64,000 nt of DNA from an uncultured Bacteroidota bacterium. Lineage in GTDB: Bacteria; Bacteroidota; Bacteroidia; Bacteroidales; DTGW01. A program made the translations under genes and the position numbers. Under the pieces are notes generated by a model, which was not told the DNA's origin, made no database searches, and saw only the letters and a program-made list of their open reading frames with translations. Positions 1-8,287 of the stretch are shown here, piece after piece; position 1 is the stretch's first letter; each line of letters opens with the position of its first letter. Location of the stretch: NCBI GenBank assembly GCA_963701015.1, contig OY969556.1:3628424-3692423 (forward strand). Reading direction: 5' to 3'.

Positions 1-49
1 GGTTAATGCTTTACAACGTGAGTTAAACGAATTGAAAAAAAACATCTAA
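1..49 (+). CDS. 3' end of a gene entering from upstream (...VNALQRELNELKKNI*); possibly lpxD by synteny
   Basis: Open frame 2-46 ending in TAA 47-49. Only 15 codons are visible, so identity rests solely on the usual Bacteroidota order lpxD - lpxC/fabZ - lpxA. Confidence 0.3.
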   Translation, partial: VNALQRELNELKKNI

Positions 50-176
50 GTAATAAAGAAGGCTCCTAATGCGATAAGAAAACAAAATTTGCATATTGAT
101 TACAATTGTTAATTGCGATTTTTTTAACTTGCGCAACATTTAATTTGACTTAAAGAAACTTAACTTATACATTTTA

Positions 177-1571
177 ATGGCCGAAAAACAAAAGACTCTG
201 GCAAAAGATGTCAGTCTAACCGGAAAGGGATTACACACCGGGCTTCATGTAAATTTAGTTATAAAACCAGCTGTAGCCAATCATGGAATACGTTTTATGC
301 GAATTGACCTGGACGAAAATCCAATCGTACATGCAATAGTAGATAATGTTGTGGATACTTCACGTGGGACCACGCTCGACGAAAATGGTGTGAGAATTGG
401 AACTATTGAACATTTGCTGGCAGCTATTACAGGACACCGGATTGATAATGCATTAATTGAAATTGACGGGCCTGAAGCTCCTATTCTCGACGGAAGTTCA
501 AAACCTATTTACGATGCTATTGAAGCAGCTGGAACAGTTGAACTTGAAGCTGACCGAAAATATTTTGAGCTAAAAGAACGTATTGAATTTATTGATATTG
601 ACAAAGGTATTGAAATTGTTGCTTTTCCTGACGATCACCTAAGTTTAACAGTTCAAATTGACTATAATTCAAAGGTTCTTGGAAACCAATATGCATCCAT
701 GAATTCCTTATCCGAATTTGGAAAAGAAATTTCACCTTGCCGTACATTTGTATTTCTGCATGAATTGGAACTTTTAGTTAAACATAATTTGATTAAAGGT
801 GGCGATGTTGACAATGCAATTATTATTGTTGACAGGCAAGTTACCCAGGAAGAGCTAGACCGTCTAGCCGGAATTTTCAATAAACCTAAAGTAAGTGTAC
901 AACCAGAGGGTGTTTTAAATAATATAGAATTAAGGTTTCGTAACGAACCGGCCAGGCACAAATTATTGGATATGATTGGTGATATTACTTTAGTTGGAAT
1001 GCCAATTAAAGCCAGAATTATTGCTTCCCGCCCGGGACATCATGCCAATACCGAGTTTGCCAAATTAATAAGGAAAACAATTAAGAAAGAAAATCTTAAA
1101 CCTGCTGTACCAAAATATTCACCCAATGAAACTCCTTTATTGGATGTAAACCAAATAATGAAAGTGCTTCCTCACAGGCCGCCATTTTTGCTTGTCGATA
1201 AAATTATAACCAAGGCAGATAACTTGATTGTTGGGGTTAAGAATGTTACCATGAACGAACCATTTTTCGTGGGACATTTTCCGCAAGAACCTGTTATGCC
1301 CGGTGTGCTTATTGTTGAAGCCATGGCACAATGCGGTGGAATATTAGCGCTTGGAAGTGTACCCGACCCTGAAAATTATTCGACTTATTTCTTAAAAATC
1401 GACAAGGTTAAATTTAAAAGAAAAGTTGTTCCCGGAGATACGCTTATATTCAAACTCGAATTGATTGAGCCTATACGAAGAGGAATAGTTACTATGTGGG
1501 CGCAGGCATTCGTTGGTGAAAATCTGGTAACTGAAGCCGAATTGTGTGCACAAATTGCAAAAAATAAATAA
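177..1571 (+). CDS. lpxC-fabZ: Bifunctional UDP-3-O-acyl-GlcNAc deacetylase / 3-hydroxyacyl-ACP dehydratase (LpxC-FabZ fusion)
   Basis: 464-aa ORF. N-terminal LpxC-like half (GLHTGLHV, GTIEHLLAA, PGHHANTEF) fused to a FabZ hot-dog half (LPHRPPFLLVD, GHFPQEPVMPGVL). This fusion is typical of Bacteroidota. Confidence 0.95.
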   Translation: MAEKQKTLAKDVSLTGKGLHTGLHVNLVIKPAVANHGIRFMRIDLDENPIVHAIVDNVVDTSRGTTLDENGVRIGTIEHLLAAITGHRIDNALIEIDGPEAPILDGSSKPIYDAIEAAGTVELEADRKYFELKERIEFIDIDKGIEIVAFPDDHLSLTVQIDYNSKVLGNQYASMNSLSEFGKEISPCRTFVFLHELELLVKHNLIKGGDVDNAIIIVDRQVTQEELDRLAGIFNKPKVSVQPEGVLNNIELRFRNEPARHKLLDMIGDITLVGMPIKARIIASRPGHHANTEFAKLIRKTIKKENLKPAVPKYSPNETPLLDVNQIMKVLPHRPPFLLVDKIITKADNLIVGVKNVTMNEPFFVGHFPQEPVMPGVLIVEAMAQCGGILALGSVPDPENYSTYFLKIDKVKFKRKVVPGDTLIFKLELIEPIRRGIVTMWAQAFVGENLVTEAELCAQIAKNK

Positions 1572-1592
1572 TATTACCCAAAATATTAAGTA

Positions 1593-2389
1593 ATGACTAA
1601 TCATCCTTTATCGAACGTTCACCCCGAAGCGAAAATTGGGGAAAATGTAGTTATTGAAGCTTTTGCAACTATTAACAAAGATGTAGAAATTGGCGACAAT
1701 TGCTGGATAGGCCAAATGCTGTGATTATGGAAGGTGCCAGACTTGGGAAAAATTGCAAAGTATTCCCGGGTGCGGTAATTGCAGCCATACCTCAGGATTT
1801 GAAATTTAAAGGTGAATATACTACCGTTGAAATTGGAGATAATACTACTATTCGTGAATGTGTAACTGTAAACCGTGGAACTGCAGCGCGTGGTAAAACA
1901 ACCATTGGCACAAATTGCCTTTTAATGGCCTATGTACATGTTGCGCATGATTGTGAAGTAGGCAATAACATTGTGTTGGTTAATAATGTAGGTTTGGCTG
2001 GTGAAGTTATTGTTGATGATTGGGCTATATTAGGTGGTGGAACTGTTGTTCACCAGTTTGTTCATATTGGTTGTCATGCATTTATTTCAGGAGCATCGAA
2101 AGTGAGTAAAGATGTACCGCCTTATGTAAAAGCTGCACGCGACCCATTGGCTTATGTTGGGCTTAATTCTCTTGGCTTACGCCGACGAGGATTTACAAAT
2201 GAAAAAATTAACGAAATCCAGGATATCTATAGAACAATTTTTCAAAAGGGGCTGAACTATTCTAATGCATGTGAATTTATTGAAACAAATATGAATGTAA
2301 CTCCTGAAAGAGACGAAATTGTTCAGTTTATACGTGGTTCAAAACGTGGTATTATGAAAGGTTATGATGCAGGCGATTCTGATGATTGA
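1593..2389 (+). pseudogene. lpxA: Acyl-ACP--UDP-GlcNAc O-acyltransferase LpxA, reading frame broken by an apparent 1-nt deletion near 1712-1714
   Basis: ATG 1593 gives MTNHPLSNVHPEAKIGENVVIEAFATINKDVEIGDNCWIG, then hits TGA at 1722-1724. The rest (PNAVIMEGARLGKNCKVFPGAVIAAIPQDLKF..., hexapeptide repeats) continues in the -1 frame to 2389. Confidence 0.85.
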
Positions 2390-2647
2390 CAAATCAATTT
2401 CACCCATAATATTTGAATTGACTTCTTGTCTATAACAATCCTTTTTTTGAAATAAATACAATTTCAAATCCCAGAATCGTTTGAAATTATACTTTCCAAA
2501 ATTTCAAAATTCTTGAAATAAAGACAATTTTCCTGAATAATTGACTTCCGAAAGATTTAAAGAACCTAATTAAAAATGCCAACTTCTCAAATATTTAAAG
2601 CCAGTTAGTGCAAAATAAATATCATTTTACATTTGACATATACTTAC

Positions 2648-2655
2648 TATCTTTG
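2648..2655 (+). promoter_or_regulatory. Bacteroidota-type -7 promoter box TATCTTTG (TAnnTTTG)
   Basis: Exact match to the TAnnTTTG consensus, about 57 nt upstream of the ATG at 2712. Confidence 0.4.
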
Positions 2656-2711
2656 TTTAAGGAATAAACTAAATCCGAAATAATGTATTTTGGATATTAT
2701 TTCCTGGAACT

Positions 2712-3335
2712 ATGATAAAATTTTTAAAAATTCCTATCGGTTGTTTGGTTTTCATTCTAATTTTTTCGGCAAAGCCTGATAATATTTGGGTAAAGCATCT
2801 CGATAAAAATGGGGTTCAAATATTTTTGCGTAATTGTGATAATTGTAATGCTAAAGAATTTAAAGCCCAGGCTATTATTAATGCCCCAATTAATAAAGTT
2901 TATGATTTATTGCTCGATTTCAGGAATTATCCAAAATGGATATATACCAACAGAAGTACTTTCCAAATTGAGAAAAAATCAGCCGATGAATACATTTATT
3001 ATACAATAATAAGCTGCCCAAGACCAACGCTCGACAGGGATTTAATTGTTGATTTCAAAACAGTAGAAAAATCGGATAACAGATATTATATTAAAACATC
3101 AACCCTTCCGACTTATATCAATGAAAAACCAAACATAGTGAGGGTTAAGGTTTTCAACGGGAGTTGGGAATTAAATAAAATATCGGATAATGAAACTCTT
3201 GTTACAACAACCAGCTATTCTGAACCAGGAGGTAAAGTTCCGTTATGGCTCATTAATACATTTATAATTACCGGACCATATAATACAATGCTTAAAATGC
3301 AGGAATTGCTTTCACCAAAACCAATAAAAAAATAG
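2712..3335 (+). CDS. Secreted START/SRPBCC-like lipid-binding domain protein
   Basis: 207 aa with an N-terminal signal-like segment. START-like pattern along the length (KAQAIINAPINKVYDLLLDFRNYPKW ... GSWELNKISDNETLVTTTSYSEPGGKVPLWLIN). Confidence 0.6.
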   Translation: MIKFLKIPIGCLVFILIFSAKPDNIWVKHLDKNGVQIFLRNCDNCNAKEFKAQAIINAPINKVYDLLLDFRNYPKWIYTNRSTFQIEKKSADEYIYYTIISCPRPTLDRDLIVDFKTVEKSDNRYYIKTSTLPTYINEKPNIVRVKVFNGSWELNKISDNETLVTTTSYSEPGGKVPLWLINTFIITGPYNTMLKMQELLSPKPIKK

Positions 3336-3396
3336 GCCATTTTTTTCTTACCAATCTTTTTCCCATTTTTACAAACTTTTAAAAAATAGAATAACG

Positions 3397-4050
3397 ATGA
3401 TAGATTTAATTAAGTATCTGATTGATTTTGTTTTGAACATTGATAAACATTTATTTGATATTGTTTCGAATTATAATACATGGACCTATTTAATTCTTTT
3501 TGCTATAATATTTTGTGAAACTGGTTTGGTTGTTACACCATTTTTACCTGGAGATTCATTACTTTTTGCAGCCGGGGCGATAGCTGCTGCAGGACTTTTA
3601 AATGTTGCAACTTTAATTTTTATAATTTTAATTGCAGCTGTACTTGGTGATAATTCAAATTATTTTATCGGCCGTTTTCTGGGACATAGAGTTTACGAAA
3701 AGAACTATCGGTTAATAAACAGAAAATCGCTTGATAAAACCCATAAATTTTACGAAAAACATGGAGGTAAAACTATTATAATAGCAAGGTTTATGCCCAT
3801 TATACGAACCTTCGCCCCATTTGTCGCCGGTGTTGGCACAATGAAATATCCACGTTTTTTTCTATTTAGTTTAGGTGGAAATATTTTATGGGTAAATTTG
3901 TTTATAGTTGCTGGTTATATGTTCGCCAACAACAATTTTGTAAAACATAATTTTTCAGTTGTAATAATTGCTATAATTGTGGTTTCTTTAATCCCTCCGG
4001 TTTATACATTTTTAAAACATTGGTTCGAATCACGAAAAGTAAAAAATTAA
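3397..4050 (+). CDS. dedA: DedA/VTT-family inner-membrane protein
   Basis: 217 aa, multi-TM. DedA signature stretches LPGDSLLFAAGAIAA, LGDNSNYFIGRFLG, HGGKTIIIARFMPIIRTFAPFVAGVG. Confidence 0.85.
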   Translation: MIDLIKYLIDFVLNIDKHLFDIVSNYNTWTYLILFAIIFCETGLVVTPFLPGDSLLFAAGAIAAAGLLNVATLIFIILIAAVLGDNSNYFIGRFLGHRVYEKNYRLINRKSLDKTHKFYEKHGGKTIIIARFMPIIRTFAPFVAGVGTMKYPRFFLFSLGGNILWVNLFIVAGYMFANNNFVKHNFSVVIIAIIVVSLIPPVYTFLKHWFESRKVKN

Positions 4051-4053
4051 CCT

Positions 4054-4809
4054 ATGTTCTTCATCCTTTCAAAAATATTTTACTTCCTTGTAACGCCAAT
4101 TTTCTGGATATTCCTATTCTTTCTGCTTGCATTATTTTTGAAAAATCAAAAAACGAAAAAATGGTTTTTGGTTTTAGGCATGCTGTTTTTATTATTTTTT
4201 ACAAACGATTATATCTTTAATCGTGTTTGCCAAAAATGGGAATTACCTGTAAAATCGGCAAACGAAGTAAAATGTAAATACGATTATGGTATTGTTTTGG
4301 GAGGTATGGCTTCAATAAATACAAGGACGAAAAAAATGAAAATTTCGGAATCTATTGACCGGATTTTACAAGCTATAATTTTATATAAACAAGGCCGTAT
4401 AAGGAAAATTGTTATAACAAGCGGATCAGGAAATGTATTCAACCAAAAAGAAAAAGAAGCAATTATATTGAAAGATTATTGTGTGAAGTTTGGAATTGAT
4501 TCCAGCGATATAATTATAGAATCAAATTCGAGAAATACGCATGAAAATGCACTATTTACGATGAAATTATTGCATTGCGAAAATACAAAAGTACTGCTTA
4601 TAACTTCGGCATATCACATGCGGCGCTCAGCCGGATGCTTTAAAAAGGCTGGTTATATATTCGATATATATCCAACCGATTCTTATGAGTTTTCCTATTT
4701 AGGACCTGATGATTATTTTATGCCCAATAGCCAACCGCTTGAAAAATGGGGTGTTCTGATTAAAGAATGGATTGGTTTTGAAGTATATAAAATTGTGGGA
4801 TATATTTAG
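4054..4809 (+). CDS. DUF218 (YdcF/ElyC/SanA-like) membrane-anchored protein
   Basis: 251 aa with N-terminal TM helices, then a DUF218-like core (GIVLGGM ... ITSGSG ... ITSAYHMRRS). Confidence 0.75.
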   Translation: MFFILSKIFYFLVTPIFWIFLFFLLALFLKNQKTKKWFLVLGMLFLLFFTNDYIFNRVCQKWELPVKSANEVKCKYDYGIVLGGMASINTRTKKMKISESIDRILQAIILYKQGRIRKIVITSGSGNVFNQKEKEAIILKDYCVKFGIDSSDIIIESNSRNTHENALFTMKLLHCENTKVLLITSAYHMRRSAGCFKKAGYIFDIYPTDSYEFSYLGPDDYFMPNSQPLEKWGVLIKEWIGFEVYKIVGYI

Positions 4810-4904
4810 AATTGGTTATTAGGTATTAGGTGTTAAAATCGTTTAATAAAATATAAATATTTTCATTGTTTCAATTCGTTTAAACTTTTTAAATCGTTAA
4901 TTGT

Positions 4905-6089
4905 TTAAAAGCTATATTTCAACCTGAAATAAACCATATTTAAATTCAATTCCTGGTTATTTATTTTACCGCCAAATTTTTGAGCAATAAGCGATGCATC
5001 GAGGTTTTGCGAAAGTGAATAGGTAAGTGAAGGTCCAATATAAAAACCTTTTATACCGGGCAAAAACATTCCGGCCAAACTTCCGGTCAATAGTGGTGTT
5101 ATAGGATAACTTGCCTGCATCAATATATTATGTTTAACAAACGAAAGGTTCTTAACGGTCAATGGCGCACTATATAGCGATTCAAATGAAAAAGTTTCTG
5201 GATATTTCGCACCATCATATAGATATTCGGCCAACAACGAAAATGAATTCCCAAATGTATAATTAAAAGAAATTGAAGCCAATAAAACCCCTGTAGTATC
5301 ACTAAACTTTTTCTCAGGCTGAAAATAACTGATTTCGCCTCTGAAAGCTAAACTTTGAATTGCACCACTCCAACCAAAACCAGCTACATAATCAGTTTGA
5401 TTAAGTGTCCCTGCCAAAAACTGAAAATCGTAATCGAAAGCATTGAACTTATATAAGGCTGCAGCAGTAACTTGTTTGTCGCGGTTCATTTTCACGGCCA
5501 GTTCAGTAGATGAAACTTCTGAATTATAATATTGAAGCCTCAACGCATCACTCCCGGGACGCTCGACATAATCAACATCGAAAAACGAATATGCATTAAA
5601 AATGTCGTTTGGATTCCATACCAAAGTTTGTCCCCAATTTATACGCTGCCGCCCCAGCGTTGCATGAAATTTTCCTTTTTCATAAGCTGCCCATAACCTA
5701 TCAATTGTTGAATTTAAAACATATGAATTACCATCAGCCATGTTTTTGGTCAAATCCATAAACCCATTATCAGTTGCAAAACTTGCTGCGGTTGCAGAAT
5801 TGTTTGTAACATTTTCTTCCATGGATAAACGGTTGCGCATTTCTAAAGCCATAGTTAAACCTTCAGTCGGAAAGAATTTAAAATTTAAACGATTATGGAT
5901 AAGGTCACTAATTGTCCATTGCTTGTTAATACTATCAAACATGGCGCTTTGCATATCACTGGTATAACCACCGATTGTAAATTTATCACTTTTATCCTGG
6001 GCATTTATAATAGTAAAATTTAATGCTAGAATTATCAAAATAAGCAAATGTGCCGATTTGCTAATTATATATTTAATTTTGTTTCTCAT
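4905..6089 (-). CDS. Putative outer-membrane beta-barrel (porin-like) protein, last gene of the ABC/LolA-like locus
   Basis: 394 aa with a signal peptide. Alternating beta-strand-like pattern and a C-terminal ...YFRLKYSF with terminal aromatic residue, as in OM barrels. Confidence 0.55.
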   Translation of the reverse strand: MRNKIKYIISKSAHLLILIILALNFTIINAQDKSDKFTIGGYTSDMQSAMFDSINKQWTISDLIHNRLNFKFFPTEGLTMALEMRNRLSMEENVTNNSATAASFATDNGFMDLTKNMADGNSYVLNSTIDRLWAAYEKGKFHATLGRQRINWGQTLVWNPNDIFNAYSFFDVDYVERPGSDALRLQYYNSEVSSTELAVKMNRDKQVTAAALYKFNAFDYDFQFLAGTLNQTDYVAGFGWSGAIQSLAFRGEISYFQPEKKFSDTTGVLLASISFNYTFGNSFSLLAEYLYDGAKYPETFSFESLYSAPLTVKNLSFVKHNILMQASYPITPLLTGSLAGMFLPGIKGFYIGPSLTYSLSQNLDASLIAQKFGGKINNQELNLNMVYFRLKYSF

Positions 6090-6123
6090 AGTAGAATATA
6101 CAAATAAATTATTTGATATTTTT

Positions 6124-6168
6124 CATTATCACATTGAATAATTAGCATATTGAATCATTATCTAATTA
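6124..6168 (-). repeat. Word-repeat spacer S1: three tandem ~16-nt units that begin on the stop codon of the ABC ATPase gene
   Basis: Plus strand reads CATTATCACATTGAAT|AATTAGCATATTGAAT|CATTATCTAATTA. The final TTA is the reverse-complement stop of 6166..6867. Confidence 0.7.
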
Positions 6169-6867
6169 TTTAGTTTCATCCGTTGAGACCTTCCCATCTA
6201 CAAGCGTTATAACACGCCTGGCTTTTTTCACAACCCTGGGATCATGGGTTGAAAATATAAAAGTAATATTTTCATCAATGTTGAGCTTTTCCATTATATC
6301 TAACAGTTTTTCTGCCGATTTTGAATCAAGGTTTGCCGTAGGTTCGTCAGCAAGAATAAACTTTGGTCGCGATGCCAACGCGCGTGCAACCGCGACCCTT
6401 TGTTGTTGACCGCCAGAAAGCTTTGCCGGACGACTGTTCATTCTATCTCCCAATCCAACTGCTTTAAGTAATTCAGCACTGCGTTCTTCCTTTTCTTTTT
6501 TCGGCCAGTTTTGCAAAAACATAATAAACTCAACATTTTCGCGTGCTGTTAAAACCGGAATAAGGTTATACGACTGAAATACAAATCCAATATTATGCAT
6601 TCTGAAATCAATTAATTTAGAACTTTTCAAAGCACCAATATTTACACTGTCAATTTTAATTTCACCAGAAGTTGGGAAATCAATCCCACCAACCATATTC
6701 AAAAATGTGGTTTTGCCTGAACCAGAAGGACCCACGACTGCTGTAAATTCGCCTTGCTCAAACGAAATATTCAGATTTTCCAAAGCAATTACTTCGTTGC
6801 CATTTTCATGGTAAACCTTTGTTAATGAATTGGTTTCAATTATTTTATTTTCTTTAGCTGTTTCCAT
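6166..6867 (-). CDS. ABC transporter ATP-binding protein (MacB/LolD-like)
   Basis: Walker A GPSGSGKTT, ABC signature LSGGQQQRV, Walker B FILADEPT. Confidence 0.95.
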   Translation of the reverse strand: METAKENKIIETNSLTKVYHENGNEVIALENLNISFEQGEFTAVVGPSGSGKTTFLNMVGGIDFPTSGEIKIDSVNIGALKSSKLIDFRMHNIGFVFQSYNLIPVLTARENVEFIMFLQNWPKKEKEERSAELLKAVGLGDRMNSRPAKLSGGQQQRVAVARALASRPKFILADEPTANLDSKSAEKLLDIMEKLNIDENITFIFSTHDPRVVKKARRVITLVDGKVSTDETK

Positions 6868-6889
6868 TATTATTATTTTTTAATTGACT

Positions 6890-6934
6890 CATTAGCACAT
6901 TAACAAATTAGCACATTGTTTCATTAGCTCATTA
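6890..6934 (-). repeat. Word-repeat spacer S2, paralogous to S1, beginning on the stop codon of the FtsX permease gene
   Basis: Plus strand reads CATTAGCACATTAACA|AATTAGCACATTGTTT|CATTAGCTCATTA. The final TTA is the reverse-complement stop of 6932..8233. Confidence 0.7.
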
Positions 6935-8233
6935 TAACTTTCTTATAGCTTCCGACGGGTTTAATTTTAATGCCTTTCGGGCAGGAACAACCGCTGATAT
7001 AACACCTGCAATAATTACCATAATTACAATTTTGATATAAACATTAATATCGATATATGGATAAACCATAGAATTAAATCCAAAGCCTGCCATTCCTGAT
7101 TCAAACATAGATAAGTCGATTCCATGTTTGCCAAAATAGCTAACCAGCAACCACGACAAAAACATCCCTACTGCTGAACCTGTTAACATTAACAAAATAG
7201 TCTCAAGCATAATCATTGAGAAAATTCTTAGCCGGTTCATTCCTATTGCCATTAACATTCCAATTTCACGAACCCTTTCCAATACTGCCATTAACATGGT
7301 ATTTATAATTCCAAAGCTTAGAGCTAAGAAAATAATACTCATAAAAATATACAATAAATAATTCATCATACCATTCATTAAATCAAGTTCAGGCATAATT
7401 TCCTTCCACGATTCAATGCTTAATTGGGAATTGTTGAATTTATTTTTTAATGTTGAAATTAGTGCGACACTCTTGTTATCATCATAAACCGAAATGGCAA
7501 TTTCATGCGCGGTTTGCCTTGAAACCCCTATAAGTTGAGCTAAATCAGACTTACGGACAAAAACACTCATTCCGTCGAAAGTTGAATTGCTTGTTTTAAA
7601 AATTCCTATAACTTTAAAAGCCGCAGTGGTAATATTTCCTGAAATGGATTGCATTGTAATAACTACCTTCGAATGTAACTTCAATTTCAGTTTTTCTGCA
7701 ATTTTTTCACCTATTAATATGCCGTTTTTCCTGTTATCTGTAAAATAATCCCCTTTTTTTATAAATTGATATATACCGGTTACTTGTTTTTCCTTTTGTG
7801 GATCAATGCCATTGAGCATAATTCCCTGACCTCCATTTGCTGAATTGATCATACAAACTAATTTTAAGCGCACTGTATAAGCCTTAATTTCACTACAAGT
7901 ATCCAGTGTTGAAATAATTTCAGGCATATCGAAAATGGTGTCGTTTATTTCTTTGTTGCCTTTAAACAGTGAATTATGAATTTGAATATTTGACACTTCA
8001 TTTCCAATAGCCATCTGTAAACGCTGAATAATCATCCCGTTCATGAACGAAGTGAACCCAACTCCGCCAATTACACCAAATACTATAGCAAATATTATAA
8101 TCAGGCTCCGGCTTTTATTCCGCCAAATATTTTTCCAGGACAGGGATAATAAGCCCCACCAGGCCTCCCCAAAGGGGAGGAGTTTAAGACCATGCTTAAT
8201 GGTTGGATTATTCATGTTATTTTGTGCTATCAT
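6932..8233 (-). CDS. ABC transporter permease, MacB-like periplasmic domain plus FtsX domain
   Basis: 433 aa with WKNIWRNKSRS N-terminal motif, a TM helix, a large periplasmic domain and a C-terminal 3-TM FtsX region. The N-terminal ~25 residues are encoded by a GC-rich hairpin element, so the true start is uncertain. Confidence 0.85.
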   Translation of the reverse strand: MIAQNNMNNPTIKHGLKLLPFGEAWWGLLSLSWKNIWRNKSRSLIIIFAIVFGVIGGVGFTSFMNGMIIQRLQMAIGNEVSNIQIHNSLFKGNKEINDTIFDMPEIISTLDTCSEIKAYTVRLKLVCMINSANGGQGIMLNGIDPQKEKQVTGIYQFIKKGDYFTDNRKNGILIGEKIAEKLKLKLHSKVVITMQSISGNITTAAFKVIGIFKTSNSTFDGMSVFVRKSDLAQLIGVSRQTAHEIAISVYDDNKSVALISTLKNKFNNSQLSIESWKEIMPELDLMNGMMNYLLYIFMSIIFLALSFGIINTMLMAVLERVREIGMLMAIGMNRLRIFSMIMLETILLMLTGSAVGMFLSWLLVSYFGKHGIDLSMFESGMAGFGFNSMVYPYIDINVYIKIVIMVIIAGVISAVVPARKALKLNPSEAIRKL

Positions 8234-8285
8234 AAATTTTTTATTTTTATTTACCCTACCTGACGGGGAAGGTCGGGTGGGGCTT
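8151..8285 (-). repeat. GC-rich structured element spanning the junction of the two permease genes
   Basis: AAGCCCCACC (8151-8160) is the exact reverse complement of GGTGGGGCTT (8276-8285). Inner hairpins are CCTCCCC-AAA-GGGGAGG (8164-8180) and CCCTACCT...AGGTCGGG (8254-8277, 7 of 8 pairs). It stands out against the AT-rich background. Confidence 0.6.
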
Positions 8286-8287
8286 TC

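Noticed and set aside
662-1604. Minus-strand ORFs overlapping lpxC/fabZ (662..961, 1137..1331, 1392..1604)
   Set aside because: These are shadow ORFs opposite a well-supported conserved gene, with no independent signals.
2809-4220. Small overlapping + strand ORFs 2809..3009 and 4020..4220
   Set aside because: They are off-frame overlaps of the START-like and DedA/DUF218 genes, with no motifs or signals of their own.
6124-6934. The tandem 16-nt units as a CRISPR array
   Set aside because: The units are contiguous with no spacers, there are only three per site, they are degenerate, they straddle stop codons, and there are no cas genes in the window.
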